Shown: in pieces, positions 1-9,349 of the stretch | Position numbering within the stretch: the stretch's first letter is position 1 | Layout: each line of letters starts with the position of its first letter | IMG/VR virus record: IMGVR_UViG_3300032331_003609 | Location: 1-64,000 of that record | Strand: one strand, 5' to 3' | Length of the DNA: 64,000 nt | Made by a program: the position numbers and the translations under genes | The notes under the pieces: model-generated | Told to the model about the DNA's origin: nothing | Seen by the model: only the letters and a program-made list of their open reading frames with translations | The model's database searches: none

Positions 1-149
1 ACACTATCATGTTTAGGAAGAACGAGGAGTATAAATCCTCAACTTGCTCATGTGGCAAGATCAACTCCCATCCTCGGCCTGTACCGAAGAAGAGGAAAAG
101 AATTTCTCCCGCAGTTTTATCTATAAGATAGATTGATTACATTTGCCCT

Positions 150-356
150 ATGATACAAGAACATCCAATAAAACCCGTTTACAAATCCAATCCTAGTCTA
201 GCAGACTTGGAACGTGAATTGAAGAAACAAAGAGAGAAGCTAGAGATGACTTACTTCTCCCAGGAAGATAGGCATAAGACAATCTCTCAGATCCGCATGC
301 TACGCAGCAGCATAGACATGCTCCGGAGCTATATGCAGCACTTTCAAATGAATTAA
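150..356 (+). CDS. hypothetical protein (68 aa, coiled-coil-like)
   Basis: ORF with ATG, followed by a strong terminator. Confidence 0.55.
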   Translation: MIQEHPIKPVYKSNPSLADLERELKKQREKLEMTYFSQEDRHKTISQIRMLRSSIDMLRSYMQHFQMN

Positions 357-396
357 GAATTGTGATTTAATGTGTGAATAGTTGATAATGATAAAG

Positions 397-422
397 ATCT
401 CTCCTTCGGGAGAGATTTTTTT
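397..422 (+). terminator. intrinsic terminator
   Basis: ATCTCTCC-TTCG-GGAGAGAT perfect 8-bp stem with C(UUCG)G loop, followed by a T-run. Confidence 0.85.
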
Positions 423-472
423 GTGGACCTGGTCTAAAAAGACCTTTTTTCACGTCAAACAGAGAGCAGCGG

Positions 473-758
473 TGAGGGCACCCACATCTGATGCATAAAA
501 GATGCATTATAGAGATGCTGCTGCGGGAGGAGGTGCCCTCATTCTGATAATGTCAGAATACATGTTTTTCTAAAGAAGGTGCCCTCATCTGGTTTTGGAG
601 AGAAAACTGAAAACTCTCTGGATTACAAGTTAGGGCGCCCTCATCCCGGAAAAGCCAAAAAACGGAAAACACCTTGCTTTCCTAGAGGAGGTGCCCTCAT
701 CCCGGATTTGGGGCATGAAACGGAAAACGCTTGGATTACAAGTTAGGGCGCCCTCATC
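473..758. repeat. iteron-like repeats GG(T/C)GCCCTCAT in a degenerate ~56-bp tandem unit
   Basis: Direct copies start at 532, 578, 634, 690 and 747, with one inverted copy at 473-482. TGGATTACAAGTTAGGGCGCCCTCATC occurs twice (619, 732) and C(G/T)GAAAAC recurs at 607, 663 and 721. Confidence 0.8.
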
Positions 759-789
759 AGGAAATCGGTAGGAATAGGTGCTTTCTGAA

Positions 790-910
790 CCCCCCGTGGG
801 ATCCCCCAGAAAAGGGAGGGGGAGAAGGGCTATAGGGAGCCTAGGGGGACACCGGCCCTAAAAGGCCCCTAAAATAGGGGGGTAAAAGGGGGGCTTTTAA
901 AGGGGGGCCG
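790..910 (+). other. G/C homopolymer tract, potential G-quadruplex
   Basis: GGG-A-GGGGG-AGAA-GGG-CTATA-GGG-AGCCTA-GGGGG, then three G6 runs (877-907), in an otherwise AT-rich genome. Confidence 0.55.
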
Positions 911-1039
911 TATATGCTCATATTCTTACATTTATAGAGATATGGTTCTTGAGATGATTGATTAAATATAGAGCTAGGGTTTCCCGCGGGGGTCCCTTCT
1001 TCCTTCTCGTTTTTCTTTTCCGGAGGCCTTAGCCTAACT

Positions 1040-1157
1040 ATGCGCGTACGCTCATTAGAACTAACGACATATTATAATTTTAGTACGACGCGTTATTATA
1101 ATTTAAGTACGAACCCGCGCATATAGTAAGCTTCTACCAATGCGCGTACGCGTCATT
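1040..1157. repeat. paired direct repeats with palindromic cores
   Basis: ATGCGCGTACGC at 1040 and 1140 (100 bp apart), bracketing TATTATAATTT(T/A)AGTACGA at 1070 and 1094. Confidence 0.7.
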
Positions 1158-1178
1158 GATAGCCTATCCATTCGGATA

Positions 1179-1212
1179 AAAATAAAAAGATCCAGCTTAT
1201 TAGGGCTGGATC
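1179..1212 (-). terminator. probable intrinsic terminator for the minus-strand oxygenase gene
   Basis: GATCCAGC/GCTGGATC 8-bp stem with a T-rich tail on the minus strand. Confidence 0.6.
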
Positions 1213-1245
1213 ACAGGATCACAGGATCACAGGATCACAAGATCA
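1208..1245. repeat. tandem repeat (GGATCACA)x4 plus partial copy
   Basis: Read directly; gives a GATC every 8 bp. Confidence 0.9.
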
Positions 1246-1322
1246 TTCATAAAGGAATTCATTAATGGGTGTTTATAAGACATCTAGAAAGAGATCTGAC
1301 CCGATGTTCCTAACCGCGTGCC

Positions 1323-2144
1323 CTATAAGGGCTTGATATCTGCGAAGGTCTGAATGGCTATTCTTTCAAAGCCTAGATTGACTCTCTCGATTGAGTGTCC
1401 CACATTCCACTTTGTGAAGTCCATGATAGCATAGTTGCCATAGATAGGCGGACACTGCTCATAAGGCTCTAAGAAGTACTGGATCTGATCATCACCCTTG
1501 GCTATCTCGTGTCCTACTACTAGTTCGCCACCCTTAGTCGCATCCCAGGTAGCAGGATCTGCTAGATAGATGATCATGACACAGATCCGGCCTGGATTGA
1601 TCCCATCATAGTGGACTTCTGAGAAGTCTCCTTCTGTATAGAGACTATAGGCAGGATGCATGTCAAAGGTTCCTTCTGCCTCCCCTAATTCAGGATAGAC
1701 CAGAGCTAGTTGCTTGCGGATTAGACCCTTGAAGTAAAGATCCATCTCTGAGATCTTGTTACCATCCCCTGGTAGGTTGTTCAGCATCAGTCTTCCCCAC
1801 TGCTGGGTTGTTCTGATTCCTCCTCCGCCCTCCTGGACTGCCTGGACGTATTCTTTACGATGAGCTACTCTATTGTACGGGATATCATCCAGAGCTTCTT
1901 CCTCTGTCGGGGTCGGTCCGGTGTATCCTGGCTTAGTTAAGTAAACATCAGAATCATGCTGAGCTGTGAAGTTATGGCGGTAGTTATACCTGTCCACCTT
2001 CTGCGAGACGGTGTCCCTGAACGTCTGAGCGTGAGTGTTAAATAGTTCTAGTTCATATCCAGTAGCTGGATTGAGTAGCTCGTCTAGGGTACCTATATGG
2101 TAGCCTTGATCGATTAATTGGGTGTAGATCTGGTTGTGTGTCAT
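1323..2144 (-). CDS. 2OG-Fe(II) oxygenase
   Basis: HxD (VHYD), IIYL, GGEL, distal His (GHSI) and Arg (ERIAI) motifs. Confidence 0.8.
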   Translation of the reverse strand: MTHNQIYTQLIDQGYHIGTLDELLNPATGYELELFNTHAQTFRDTVSQKVDRYNYRHNFTAQHDSDVYLTKPGYTGPTPTEEEALDDIPYNRVAHRKEYVQAVQEGGGGIRTTQQWGRLMLNNLPGDGNKISEMDLYFKGLIRKQLALVYPELGEAEGTFDMHPAYSLYTEGDFSEVHYDGINPGRICVMIIYLADPATWDATKGGELVVGHEIAKGDDQIQYFLEPYEQCPPIYGNYAIMDFTKWNVGHSIERVNLGFERIAIQTFADIKPL

Positions 2145-2303
2145 AGCTCTTATATATGATCGGATCTCTCGGGTCTTCTTTTATTCTGAATATGAGGCGG
2201 TTTCTGAGATTATCCTCGCTATTTCTATAGGCGCGCTTTCCAGTGGACTGGAGATTCGGCCCCCAGCCCCCTTTCTGAATCAGAATGAAGATAAATAAGG
2301 GAT

Positions 2304-2894
2304 ATGCGAATTCTTATTCTCACCCATCCTCGCTCAGGAGGATTTAGTCTGCTTTCTTGGATCTCTAGGGAACTCGGATATACCTCCTATCATGAACCTC
2401 TGCAGACAGGATTTAGAGAAATCTGTCAAATAGCACCTAATGCGGTGGTGAAAGAGGATGTGTCATCTGTGCTTCACTGCTTTCCTGATCTAGACACCTT
2501 TATAGCTAAGTTTGATCTGGTTATCTTTCATACAAGAGTGAATCTTAGGGATTGTGCTATTAGCAGAGTGAGACAGCTGGAAACAGGGGAGTCTCACAAG
2601 TTCTATAAGATAGATGCTCTCTGGTTAGCAGCTCATGAGGCTGAGATCTCTCACACAGAGATGGAATTCAGAGGTATTCAAGGTGCTATTCTGAGTGCTG
2701 CTGCTAGACGCAAGGGACTTCGGATTACCACCTCTTATGAAGGTGTTTATGACACAGGAGTTGACGTCCAGAGAATCTGCCAATTGATAGGAGTGAATGA
2801 TCCTCAATGGACGGACATGCTCCATCCTAAGCGACGTCTCCAAGGTGGAGATCCGGATCAATTGCCTGCTCATAAAAAGGCTAAGATTCTTTGA
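2304..2894 (+). CDS. sulfotransferase-like protein
   Basis: N-terminal ILTHPRSGG PAPS-binding loop and a later R-x-x-x-D-x-x-I-S motif; resembles the ORFs at 53-54 kb. Confidence 0.7.
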   Translation: MRILILTHPRSGGFSLLSWISRELGYTSYHEPLQTGFREICQIAPNAVVKEDVSSVLHCFPDLDTFIAKFDLVIFHTRVNLRDCAISRVRQLETGESHKFYKIDALWLAAHEAEISHTEMEFRGIQGAILSAAARRKGLRITTSYEGVYDTGVDVQRICQLIGVNDPQWTDMLHPKRRLQGGDPDQLPAHKKAKIL

Positions 2895-2921
2895 TAAATA
2901 TCCTATAATCTTTCCAGACCT

Positions 2922-3044
2922 ATGTGGCATCTAGCATGGCTTTACTTCTTATTAGGTGTGGATCTGACCCTGCTTTGGCAAATCTGGTCTAGATTCCGGC
3001 AGCATCCTGAAAATATTGGGGGTTCTTTGGAATCTCCAGATTAA
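2922..3044 (+). CDS. small membrane peptide (40 aa)
   Basis: Translated by hand: MWHLAWLYFLLGVDLTLLWQIW... Confidence 0.3.
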   Translation: MWHLAWLYFLLGVDLTLLWQIWSRFRQHPENIGGSLESPD

Positions 3045-3101
3045 TTAATTTTTTTTTGGAATATCCCTGACCATTCTAGCTATAAAAGATAAATTAGCTT
3101 T

Positions 3102-3266
3102 ATGTGGATATTATTTGGTATTTGTTCAGTCATTCTAGTGCTTGCCTTCCATGCTTTAGGAGAGGTAGCAGATCAAGAGACCCGCATCGATGAATTAGAA
3201 GAGAGATTAACCCGCTTAGAACAAGATGCAGTTAAAATCACATTCGATAGAGACAGAGTTATTTAA
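3102..3266 (+). CDS. small membrane/coiled-coil protein (54 aa)
   Basis: Translated by hand: MWILFGICSVILVLAFHALGEVADQETRIDELEERLTRLE... Confidence 0.55.
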   Translation: MWILFGICSVILVLAFHALGEVADQETRIDELEERLTRLEQDAVKITFDRDRVI

Positions 3267-3284
3267 TCTAAATAAAAAACAAAA

Positions 3285-3716
3285 ATGAGTCAAGTTAAAA
3301 TTTCAACAAGTGGCGGTGATATGATCGCAGACCTTTATGATGAGGCAACACCAGGCACGGTGGCGAATTTCTTAAAATTAGCAAATAGTGGATTCTATAA
3401 TGGACTCAACTTCCATCGGGTGATTCCTGGATTTATGGCTCAGGGTGGATGTCCTAACAAGAGAGGTGACGGCGGACCAGGTTGGACTATTCCGTGTGAG
3501 ACCGGAGGTGACAAACAATATCACGACCAAGGCGTGTTAAGTATGGCGCATGCTGGGCGTAATACAGGAGGCTCTCAATTCTTTATCTGCTTCAATCGCC
3601 AGGGAACCCAGCACCTAGATCGTAACCACACTTGCTTTGGCAAAGTGACGGAAGGATTGGACGTATTAAGCCAAATCACACAGGGTGATGACATACTTTC
3701 CATCTCGGTGATTTAG
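3285..3716 (+). CDS. ppiA: cyclophilin-type peptidyl-prolyl cis-trans isomerase
   Basis: FHRVIPGFMAQGG, GVLSMAHAG, GGSQFFIC and HTCFGKV motifs. Confidence 0.95.
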   Translation: MSQVKISTSGGDMIADLYDEATPGTVANFLKLANSGFYNGLNFHRVIPGFMAQGGCPNKRGDGGPGWTIPCETGGDKQYHDQGVLSMAHAGRNTGGSQFFICFNRQGTQHLDRNHTCFGKVTEGLDVLSQITQGDDILSISVI

Positions 3717-3725
3717 ATATATAAA
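3716..3725 (+). promoter_or_regulatory. putative late promoter GATATATAAA (one example of a recurring motif)
   Basis: The same motif precedes starts at 7422, 10093, 14879, 16992, 20609, 23483, 24150, 32265, 43420, 48911, 49835, 51183 and 63757, and on the minus strand at 21799 and 56455. Confidence 0.7.
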
Positions 3726-3741
3726 TGAAATAATAAAAAGA

Positions 3742-4425
3742 ATGAAGTATATTAAAATTTTTGAAGATTTCTCTACAGGCACATCTCTAAACGAAGAAGC
3801 TATGAAGGAAGTAACTCTTCCTGGGGGATTCATCAATCGTAATACCACTGATACGAACGCTAATGAAGGATCCCCAGATAAGCCTGGTGTGATTTATTTT
3901 GATACAAACACGACAACTCCTAGCAAAGCTACTGGATCCCCTGGTACTTTAACTGTTCATAGTGATGATGGTACCAAAGGAAGAAAGCAATTAGAATTTG
4001 CTGATAATAATTTTGTTGATAGTGATAGAATCATAAGCTATCATTATAAAGATTATGCTAAGATGCAATCCGGTGGTAATGAGCCTGATCCTACAATTTT
4101 AGCTAAGAACCCTGGTGAGGCAAAGGCTAAAGCGTACGAGATCCTAGGATGGGGTACTTTTGTTACTCCCACTTCAGGTGATCCTAAAGTTCTAGGAAAC
4201 ATGCTAAGATCCTATTTTGAAATTCGTAAGATGTATCCAGAATACGTAACCAAGAATTCCTTGTTTAAAGGATTTCTAGATGGCATCATCGAGGGGTATC
4301 CTAACGGGGATTTCGGTAGATTAAATCAGGTTGAAAGTTTTTCTGTTAATGTCAAGAATAAAAAATTCATGACAGAGGTCGGAGCAGTTCTAAGAGAAGT
4401 TGGTGTTATTAAAGACGCTAAATAA
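3742..4425 (+). CDS. hypothetical protein with N-terminal MKYIKIFEDF tag (putative virion-internal)
   Basis: Shared N-terminal motif; GATATATAAA upstream. Confidence 0.65.
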   Translation: MKYIKIFEDFSTGTSLNEEAMKEVTLPGGFINRNTTDTNANEGSPDKPGVIYFDTNTTTPSKATGSPGTLTVHSDDGTKGRKQLEFADNNFVDSDRIISYHYKDYAKMQSGGNEPDPTILAKNPGEAKAKAYEILGWGTFVTPTSGDPKVLGNMLRSYFEIRKMYPEYVTKNSLFKGFLDGIIEGYPNGDFGRLNQVESFSVNVKNKKFMTEVGAVLREVGVIKDAK

Positions 4426-4444
4426 TTATCCTTAATTATATTAC

Positions 4445-4474
4445 AAAAAAGGATCTGCTATCAGATCCTTTTTT
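4445..4474. terminator. bidirectional intrinsic terminator
   Basis: AAAAAAGGATCTG-CTAT-CAGATCCTTTTTT between convergent genes. Confidence 0.85.
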
Positions 4475-4877
4475 ATTTTAGGTCTAGCCAAACGTGGCTG
4501 ATTTCGTCGTTATGAAAAACAACGACTAAACCACATGGATAAACCTCAGTTCTTTCTTTATGATCTGCCCACTGAAAGAAATTCACCTCTGGGATTTCAT
4601 TCTTAGCTGATTCAAGTTTATTCTTAAACATCGAAATCTGATCCTTGATCTCTTCAATGGATCCTTCTTTGACCCTGGAAGTATTTTCATATGCTACAAT
4701 AACACCTTCTGGAAGAGTAGCAGAAAAACGAGCAAAAATAGGGGATTGAAAGACATCTGACATTTCTTTGTCAGAAGCAATTACCAAAAATTCAGGCACT
4801 TTACCGAATAGGCTTTTACTCTGTGCATGACAGACTGTTGCAGTCATTAGTGCTAATAGAAGAACAACTTTACTCAT
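4473..4877 (-). CDS. exported hypothetical protein
   Basis: Start moved to MSKVVLLLALMTATVCHAQ (signal peptide), which removes the overlap with the divergent gene. Confidence 0.65.
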   Translation of the reverse strand: MSKVVLLLALMTATVCHAQSKSLFGKVPEFLVIASDKEMSDVFQSPIFARFSATLPEGVIVAYENTSRVKEGSIEEIKDQISMFKNKLESAKNEIPEVNFFQWADHKERTEVYPCGLVVVFHNDEISHVWLDLK

Positions 4878-4950
4878 TTTGATTATTTTAGTGTCTAAAT
4901 GTATAGGAATTACCCGAAACAAAAAAATGCACCACAATATATAGGGCAAG

Positions 4951-5703
4951 ATGTCAAAATTATATTTAGCAATATTTGGTGATAAGGGTCCACAAAAAGA
5001 CATGACCCTTACAAAATATAGACTTGCAAAGCAAGCAGACGAGACTGGATGGTTCGATGGTATTTTCACTTATGACCGAAATGATATTCAAATAACTAAT
5101 AATGAAGCAGGGGAGACCGGATTTGGGTGGTGGAGATTCAAGCATCAAATAGTAAAATTAACATTTGATAAAATAGAATATGGTGATATTGTTTTATATC
5201 TGGATGCTGGGTGTAGTTTAAATAAGGGGGGTGAAAAAAGATTTTTAGAATATGTTGAAATTTGCAAAAGCGGTGCAGGATTTCTTGGATTCGAAATTGG
5301 GAATACATTAGAAAAAACCCACACGAAAAGGGATTTATTTTTGTTCATGAATTGTGATTCTTTGAAATACACTCATACATTTCAAATTGCTGGGGGAATA
5401 TTTTTTATCAGGAAAAATAAATTTGGAAAGGATCTAATAGAGGAATTTGGTCATTTGTGTGGTATTGATCATCTTGTCAATAATGCTCCTTCAGTTGAAA
5501 AAAATTACGGGGGATTTAAACAACATAGTAATGATCAATCCATTTTAAGTTTAGTAGTCAAAAAAAATTTACCAGCAGAAGGACATCATCTCATTAAGGG
5601 TCCAGAACTTAATAATTATTATACGAAAGAGTATATGTCACATCCAATTAAAGTTAGTAGGATAAAAGACGGGATGTTTAATAATCCGGGTGCTATTAGA
5701 TAA
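4951..5703 (+). CDS. glycosyltransferase-like (nucleotide-diphospho-sugar transferase fold) protein
   Basis: WWRFKHQIV, YLDAG (DxD-like), GGIFFIRK and HSNDQSILSL motifs. Confidence 0.6.
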   Translation: MSKLYLAIFGDKGPQKDMTLTKYRLAKQADETGWFDGIFTYDRNDIQITNNEAGETGFGWWRFKHQIVKLTFDKIEYGDIVLYLDAGCSLNKGGEKRFLEYVEICKSGAGFLGFEIGNTLEKTHTKRDLFLFMNCDSLKYTHTFQIAGGIFFIRKNKFGKDLIEEFGHLCGIDHLVNNAPSVEKNYGGFKQHSNDQSILSLVVKKNLPAEGHHLIKGPELNNYYTKEYMSHPIKVSRIKDGMFNNPGAIR

Positions 5704-5705
5704 AT

Positions 5706-5969
5706 ATGATTATGAAAAAGATAATCTTATTTTTGTTTTTGTTTGTAAGTATGCCTTCATGTATCAGATACAAGATTAGGGTGATTCAATATGATAATAC
5801 AGGATATAATCTTTATCTGCCTATGAAAAAATATAGGGTTGGAAAATGGTATGATGGAGATATTATATATTATTCAGAGGAGATGGCAAGGTTTAAAATC
5901 CAAAAATGGAAAAATGGTGAATCTTTTTTAAATCCATATAAACAACCTACATATATTAGAATAAAATAG
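5706..5969 (+). CDS. hypothetical lipoprotein
   Basis: MKKIILFLFLFVSMPSC lipobox-like signal. Confidence 0.55.
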   Translation: MIMKKIILFLFLFVSMPSCIRYKIRVIQYDNTGYNLYLPMKKYRVGKWYDGDIIYYSEEMARFKIQKWKNGESFLNPYKQPTYIRIK

Positions 5970-6038
5970 CATAAGTGGTAATTGAAACTTTCTTATGAAA
6001 CATTTTATTTTTTGAAGAAATACCTGTATATTTAGGAT

Positions 6039-7415
6039 ATGAAAAAGATCATTCCGTTTCTTCTTATTCTCCTTGTCTCTTGTACCAAAGAGGATATTCA
6101 GCCGCAGGCAAAACAAACAATAGTTTCAGATAGCGCTATCACAGGATATAAAGTTTCATCCAATGCTATATCCGATGGCCAATCTTACTGGGAAAATACA
6201 GGTGTTCCCCTAGATTTAATTGTTGACATCTTTCAAAGGGGTACACAGCCATTAAAAGACGGTGTATATGCTTATGCATCGACAACTCAAGCTCTGAGTG
6301 CTGGTGATTTCAATCTGGATGGATACATTGATGTTTTTAATGCCGGCACTCTGTGTAACGGATCGGGATCTAATCTTAGTTTTTTAATTTGGAACACTAA
6401 GACATTAACCTATGATGAGAAAAATCTTATTAATAACGGAACACGTAATATTGGAGGGCCAACAAAGACAGTTCCTGTCTATTTAAATGGCGATGCCTAC
6501 GTTGATCTAGTTATCTTTGGACATGTTGATGATTGTGCAGGATTTGGACCTAATGAGCCTACTACGATCTGTCTTAGCGATGGTAAAGGAGGCTATGATT
6601 TAACCTCATTAGTATTAGAACCTATCGCTCTCTCAAATAGATTCACCCACGAGGGCGGAGATATTGGAGATTTAAATGGAGACGGATTACCGGATCTTTT
6701 GATAGTTGCAAATTCACATTCGTATATTTTCTGGGGAATTAAAAATTATCCGTATTTTACCAATACCGGATATGCTCATTTTTCTTCGGATCAAAAGAAT
6801 TATCCTAGTAATAATGGATTTGGCGAGTCAGTGACAGAAGGGGCAGGATTTGTTTATACTGCTCATATTGCAGACGTAAACGGGGATGGTAAAAATGACC
6901 TTCTATTAGGATCTTCAGAAGGTTCTACGTCTCAAAATAGAATCATGCTTAATAAAGGAAATGGTAGATTTAACGATGCTGTTAAATTGCCTTACTATTC
7001 TAATAATTTTATTGGCATTGGTAACAAGGATTTCATAGTTGATGATATTAATAGTGATGGACTTCGTGATATTATAGTAGTTAACGACGAAGCATATAAA
7101 TCATGGAATCTAGTTCTTTACCTACAACAAAAGGATGGTTCATTTATTATAGACAAAACAGCCTTTGAATACACTATCAATAAATCATTTCCGAGAGGGG
7201 GAGATTGGAAATGCAATCTAATTTATAAAGATTTTAACGGGGACGGTAAAAAAGACATATCATATACAGATGCAGGTGTTTCTGCGTGGAATATCGCAGG
7301 AAATGGATTATCCACAAAAACCGTCTTTATCCGTTCAGGAAATGCATTTAAAGAACAATCCCTATATGATTTAGACCCGTATGCTAAATCCCTAAGCTCT
7401 AAGTTTCCAAAGTAG
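6039..7415 (+). CDS. FG-GAP/VCBS repeat lipoprotein (beta-propeller)
   Basis: LLVSC lipobox; repeated GD(F/L)NxDGxxD motifs (GDFNLDGYID, GDLNGDGLPD, ADVNGDGKND, DDINSDGLRD, KDFNGDGKKD). Confidence 0.85.
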   Translation: MKKIIPFLLILLVSCTKEDIQPQAKQTIVSDSAITGYKVSSNAISDGQSYWENTGVPLDLIVDIFQRGTQPLKDGVYAYASTTQALSAGDFNLDGYIDVFNAGTLCNGSGSNLSFLIWNTKTLTYDEKNLINNGTRNIGGPTKTVPVYLNGDAYVDLVIFGHVDDCAGFGPNEPTTICLSDGKGGYDLTSLVLEPIALSNRFTHEGGDIGDLNGDGLPDLLIVANSHSYIFWGIKNYPYFTNTGYAHFSSDQKNYPSNNGFGESVTEGAGFVYTAHIADVNGDGKNDLLLGSSEGSTSQNRIMLNKGNGRFNDAVKLPYYSNNFIGIGNKDFIVDDINSDGLRDIIVVNDEAYKSWNLVLYLQQKDGSFIIDKTAFEYTINKSFPRGGDWKCNLIYKDFNGDGKKDISYTDAGVSAWNIAGNGLSTKTVFIRSGNAFKEQSLYDLDPYAKSLSSKFPK

Positions 7416-7433
7416 CCCTAGCATATATAGAAT

Positions 7434-7646
7434 ATGCACGTCATTAAATTAAAGAACTTTTTGAATGAATGGCTTGATTACAACCAGCAAGAAATGGTGG
7501 ATGGGATTATTGATATCCTTGTTCAGGTAAACGATGAGCAAAATCGAATGGAGATTGCTCAGAAGATGCTAAAACAATTCAAGGATGAGAACATTCCCGT
7601 GGATGCTAAGTGGTTTATAAGCAAGTGTAATTTGTCAATGGAATAA
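7434..7646 (+). CDS. hypothetical protein with MHVIKLKNFLNE tag
   Basis: N-terminal tag variant; CATATATAGA upstream. Confidence 0.6.
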   Translation: MHVIKLKNFLNEWLDYNQQEMVDGIIDILVQVNDEQNRMEIAQKMLKQFKDENIPVDAKWFISKCNLSME

Positions 7647-7726
7647 TAGATAAATCCTCATTATCATTATTCAGACCTGGGAAAAGTCTCAGGCATAAAG
7701 ATCTTTTTTAAAAAATAATGAAATAA

Positions 7727-8008
7727 ATGAAAAACATGGAAGACGCTAAGAAAGGATTTACTGAGGTATTCTTAGATAAATTAAAAGAACAATCATTCAC
7801 AATTGTTCTCATGGTAGGTATACTGGTTTACCAAACCATCAATAAGAATGCGGAGATTGAAAAATTAGAAAAACAAATAGGTGTTAAACAAGAATACATC
7901 GATAAGATGGTAGAGGATCAGAGGCAAAGATGGCAGGTAAGAGAGCAATATCTTATGCAGCAGAGGGATACATATATAGAGGATCTTTTAAAACAAAATA
8001 CAAAATAG
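7727..8008 (+). CDS. single-TM coiled-coil protein
   Basis: Hydrophobic FTIVLMVGILVY followed by heptad-rich tail. Confidence 0.6.
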   Translation: MKNMEDAKKGFTEVFLDKLKEQSFTIVLMVGILVYQTINKNAEIEKLEKQIGVKQEYIDKMVEDQRQRWQVREQYLMQQRDTYIEDLLKQNTK

Positions 8009-8011
8009 AAT

Positions 8012-9085
8012 ATGACAAACGAACAAATTCCTACAGGATGGCAGGGTGGATTTCCCTCTAAAGATCAAAAGAAAATGCTATATCCTACTACAGATTTAAC
8101 TGCATTACCTATGTTGGGTAATATGGATAACATTAATTTACTACAAAGACAATGGGGTGTTAAATGGCCAATGTTTAGTTGGAATACCCTAAATGGGGAA
8201 AAGGACCCAAAACGTTGTTATGTACAATTCGCTCCTTATATTTCAAGAATAGGATATACCAATGAAGGTAGAATTTATTCCATAATCTGTCCTCAACAAG
8301 GAATGTGGATTGGAGATGAGATTTGTATCAATGTGGAAGTAACAGTTACGGGACAAAGAGGATGGGTTAACGAAGACACAAAAGAGATTGCTGCTGATAT
8401 GATGGTTGAGGGAAAAATTTGGTTAACACCAGGTGAAAATCAAGGTGGTCTATTAAGAGCAATTTGGCCATTATTAAAATATAGTTCTCGCAAATACCCT
8501 ATTGACAAAGATAATGCTATTCGTGTTTTAACACATCTACCAGGAAATCCTAAAGAACCTATATTTCAACTCGGAAAGGGTTTATCACCAAGATTTAAAA
8601 ATCCACAATTTGCTGTACAGGAAGAAGCATATACAACAGGACATATCAATGTAGAAATAGGAGGAATGGTACCAACAAATGATCACAAATTAGATAAGTT
8701 TAATCAATACTTTTTAAATCTTTTTAACTTAGGTACGGGTAATATGTTACAAAAGGGTAATGTATTATCGTGGAATTTATTTTTTGATTCGCCTGAATTG
8801 GTTTCAGTTCCTGAATGGCAAAATCACGCTGACTATTGGCGTACTTCCATAGGTGCACATCACGGTTCACCCGGTGGGGAAGGAACAAGTCCAAGATATT
8901 TTGATGGAACATACTTTGACACTAAAAATTTCGCCATTAAAGAGGTTATTAAAGATATTTTAAACCACGTTGTAAAAAACCCCACGTTGAGGAAGGGTTT
9001 AATATTACTTGTAGAATATTGTCCTAAAACAATATTTGATATATTTTTAAAGAAGGGTGATCAATCTAAAACAAAAACACAATAA
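8012..9085 (+). CDS. hypothetical protein (357 aa)
   Basis: Long ORF rich in W, P and G; no family recognised. Confidence 0.7.
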   Translation: MTNEQIPTGWQGGFPSKDQKKMLYPTTDLTALPMLGNMDNINLLQRQWGVKWPMFSWNTLNGEKDPKRCYVQFAPYISRIGYTNEGRIYSIICPQQGMWIGDEICINVEVTVTGQRGWVNEDTKEIAADMMVEGKIWLTPGENQGGLLRAIWPLLKYSSRKYPIDKDNAIRVLTHLPGNPKEPIFQLGKGLSPRFKNPQFAVQEEAYTTGHINVEIGGMVPTNDHKLDKFNQYFLNLFNLGTGNMLQKGNVLSWNLFFDSPELVSVPEWQNHADYWRTSIGAHHGSPGGEGTSPRYFDGTYFDTKNFAIKEVIKDILNHVVKNPTLRKGLILLVEYCPKTIFDIFLKKGDQSKTKTQ

Positions 9086-9088
9086 ACT

Positions 9089-9325
9089 ATGGAAGAAGAA
9101 TTAATTGGGACAATTAAATTATTTGCAGGAGACTACGTTCCTCGGGGATATGCGGAATGCAACGGACAATTATTAGACATTAGTCAAAATCAGGCGTTAT
9201 ATGTATTACTGCAAGATAGATACGGGGCAACACCAAATTTATTTGCGGTACCTAAAATGACACCACCTATGGATGGTATGAAATACATAATAGCCACTAG
9301 TGGTATATGGCCAGCAAGACAGTAA
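9089..9325 (+). CDS. phage tail collar domain protein (microcystin-dependent protein-like)
   Basis: IGTIKLFAGDYVPRGYAECNGQLLDISQNQALYVLL...YG signature. Confidence 0.85.
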   Translation: MEEELIGTIKLFAGDYVPRGYAECNGQLLDISQNQALYVLLQDRYGATPNLFAVPKMTPPMDGMKYIIATSGIWPARQ

Positions 9326-9349
9326 TAATATAACAAAAACAAATACAAA

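Noticed and set aside
1-135. Gene fragment at the left edge
   Set aside because: Two frames are open with equal plausibility, so it cannot be assigned
532-758. CRISPR mini-array
   Set aside because: The shared core is only 11-13 bp, the intervening sequences are themselves similar to each other, and no cas genes are present in the window
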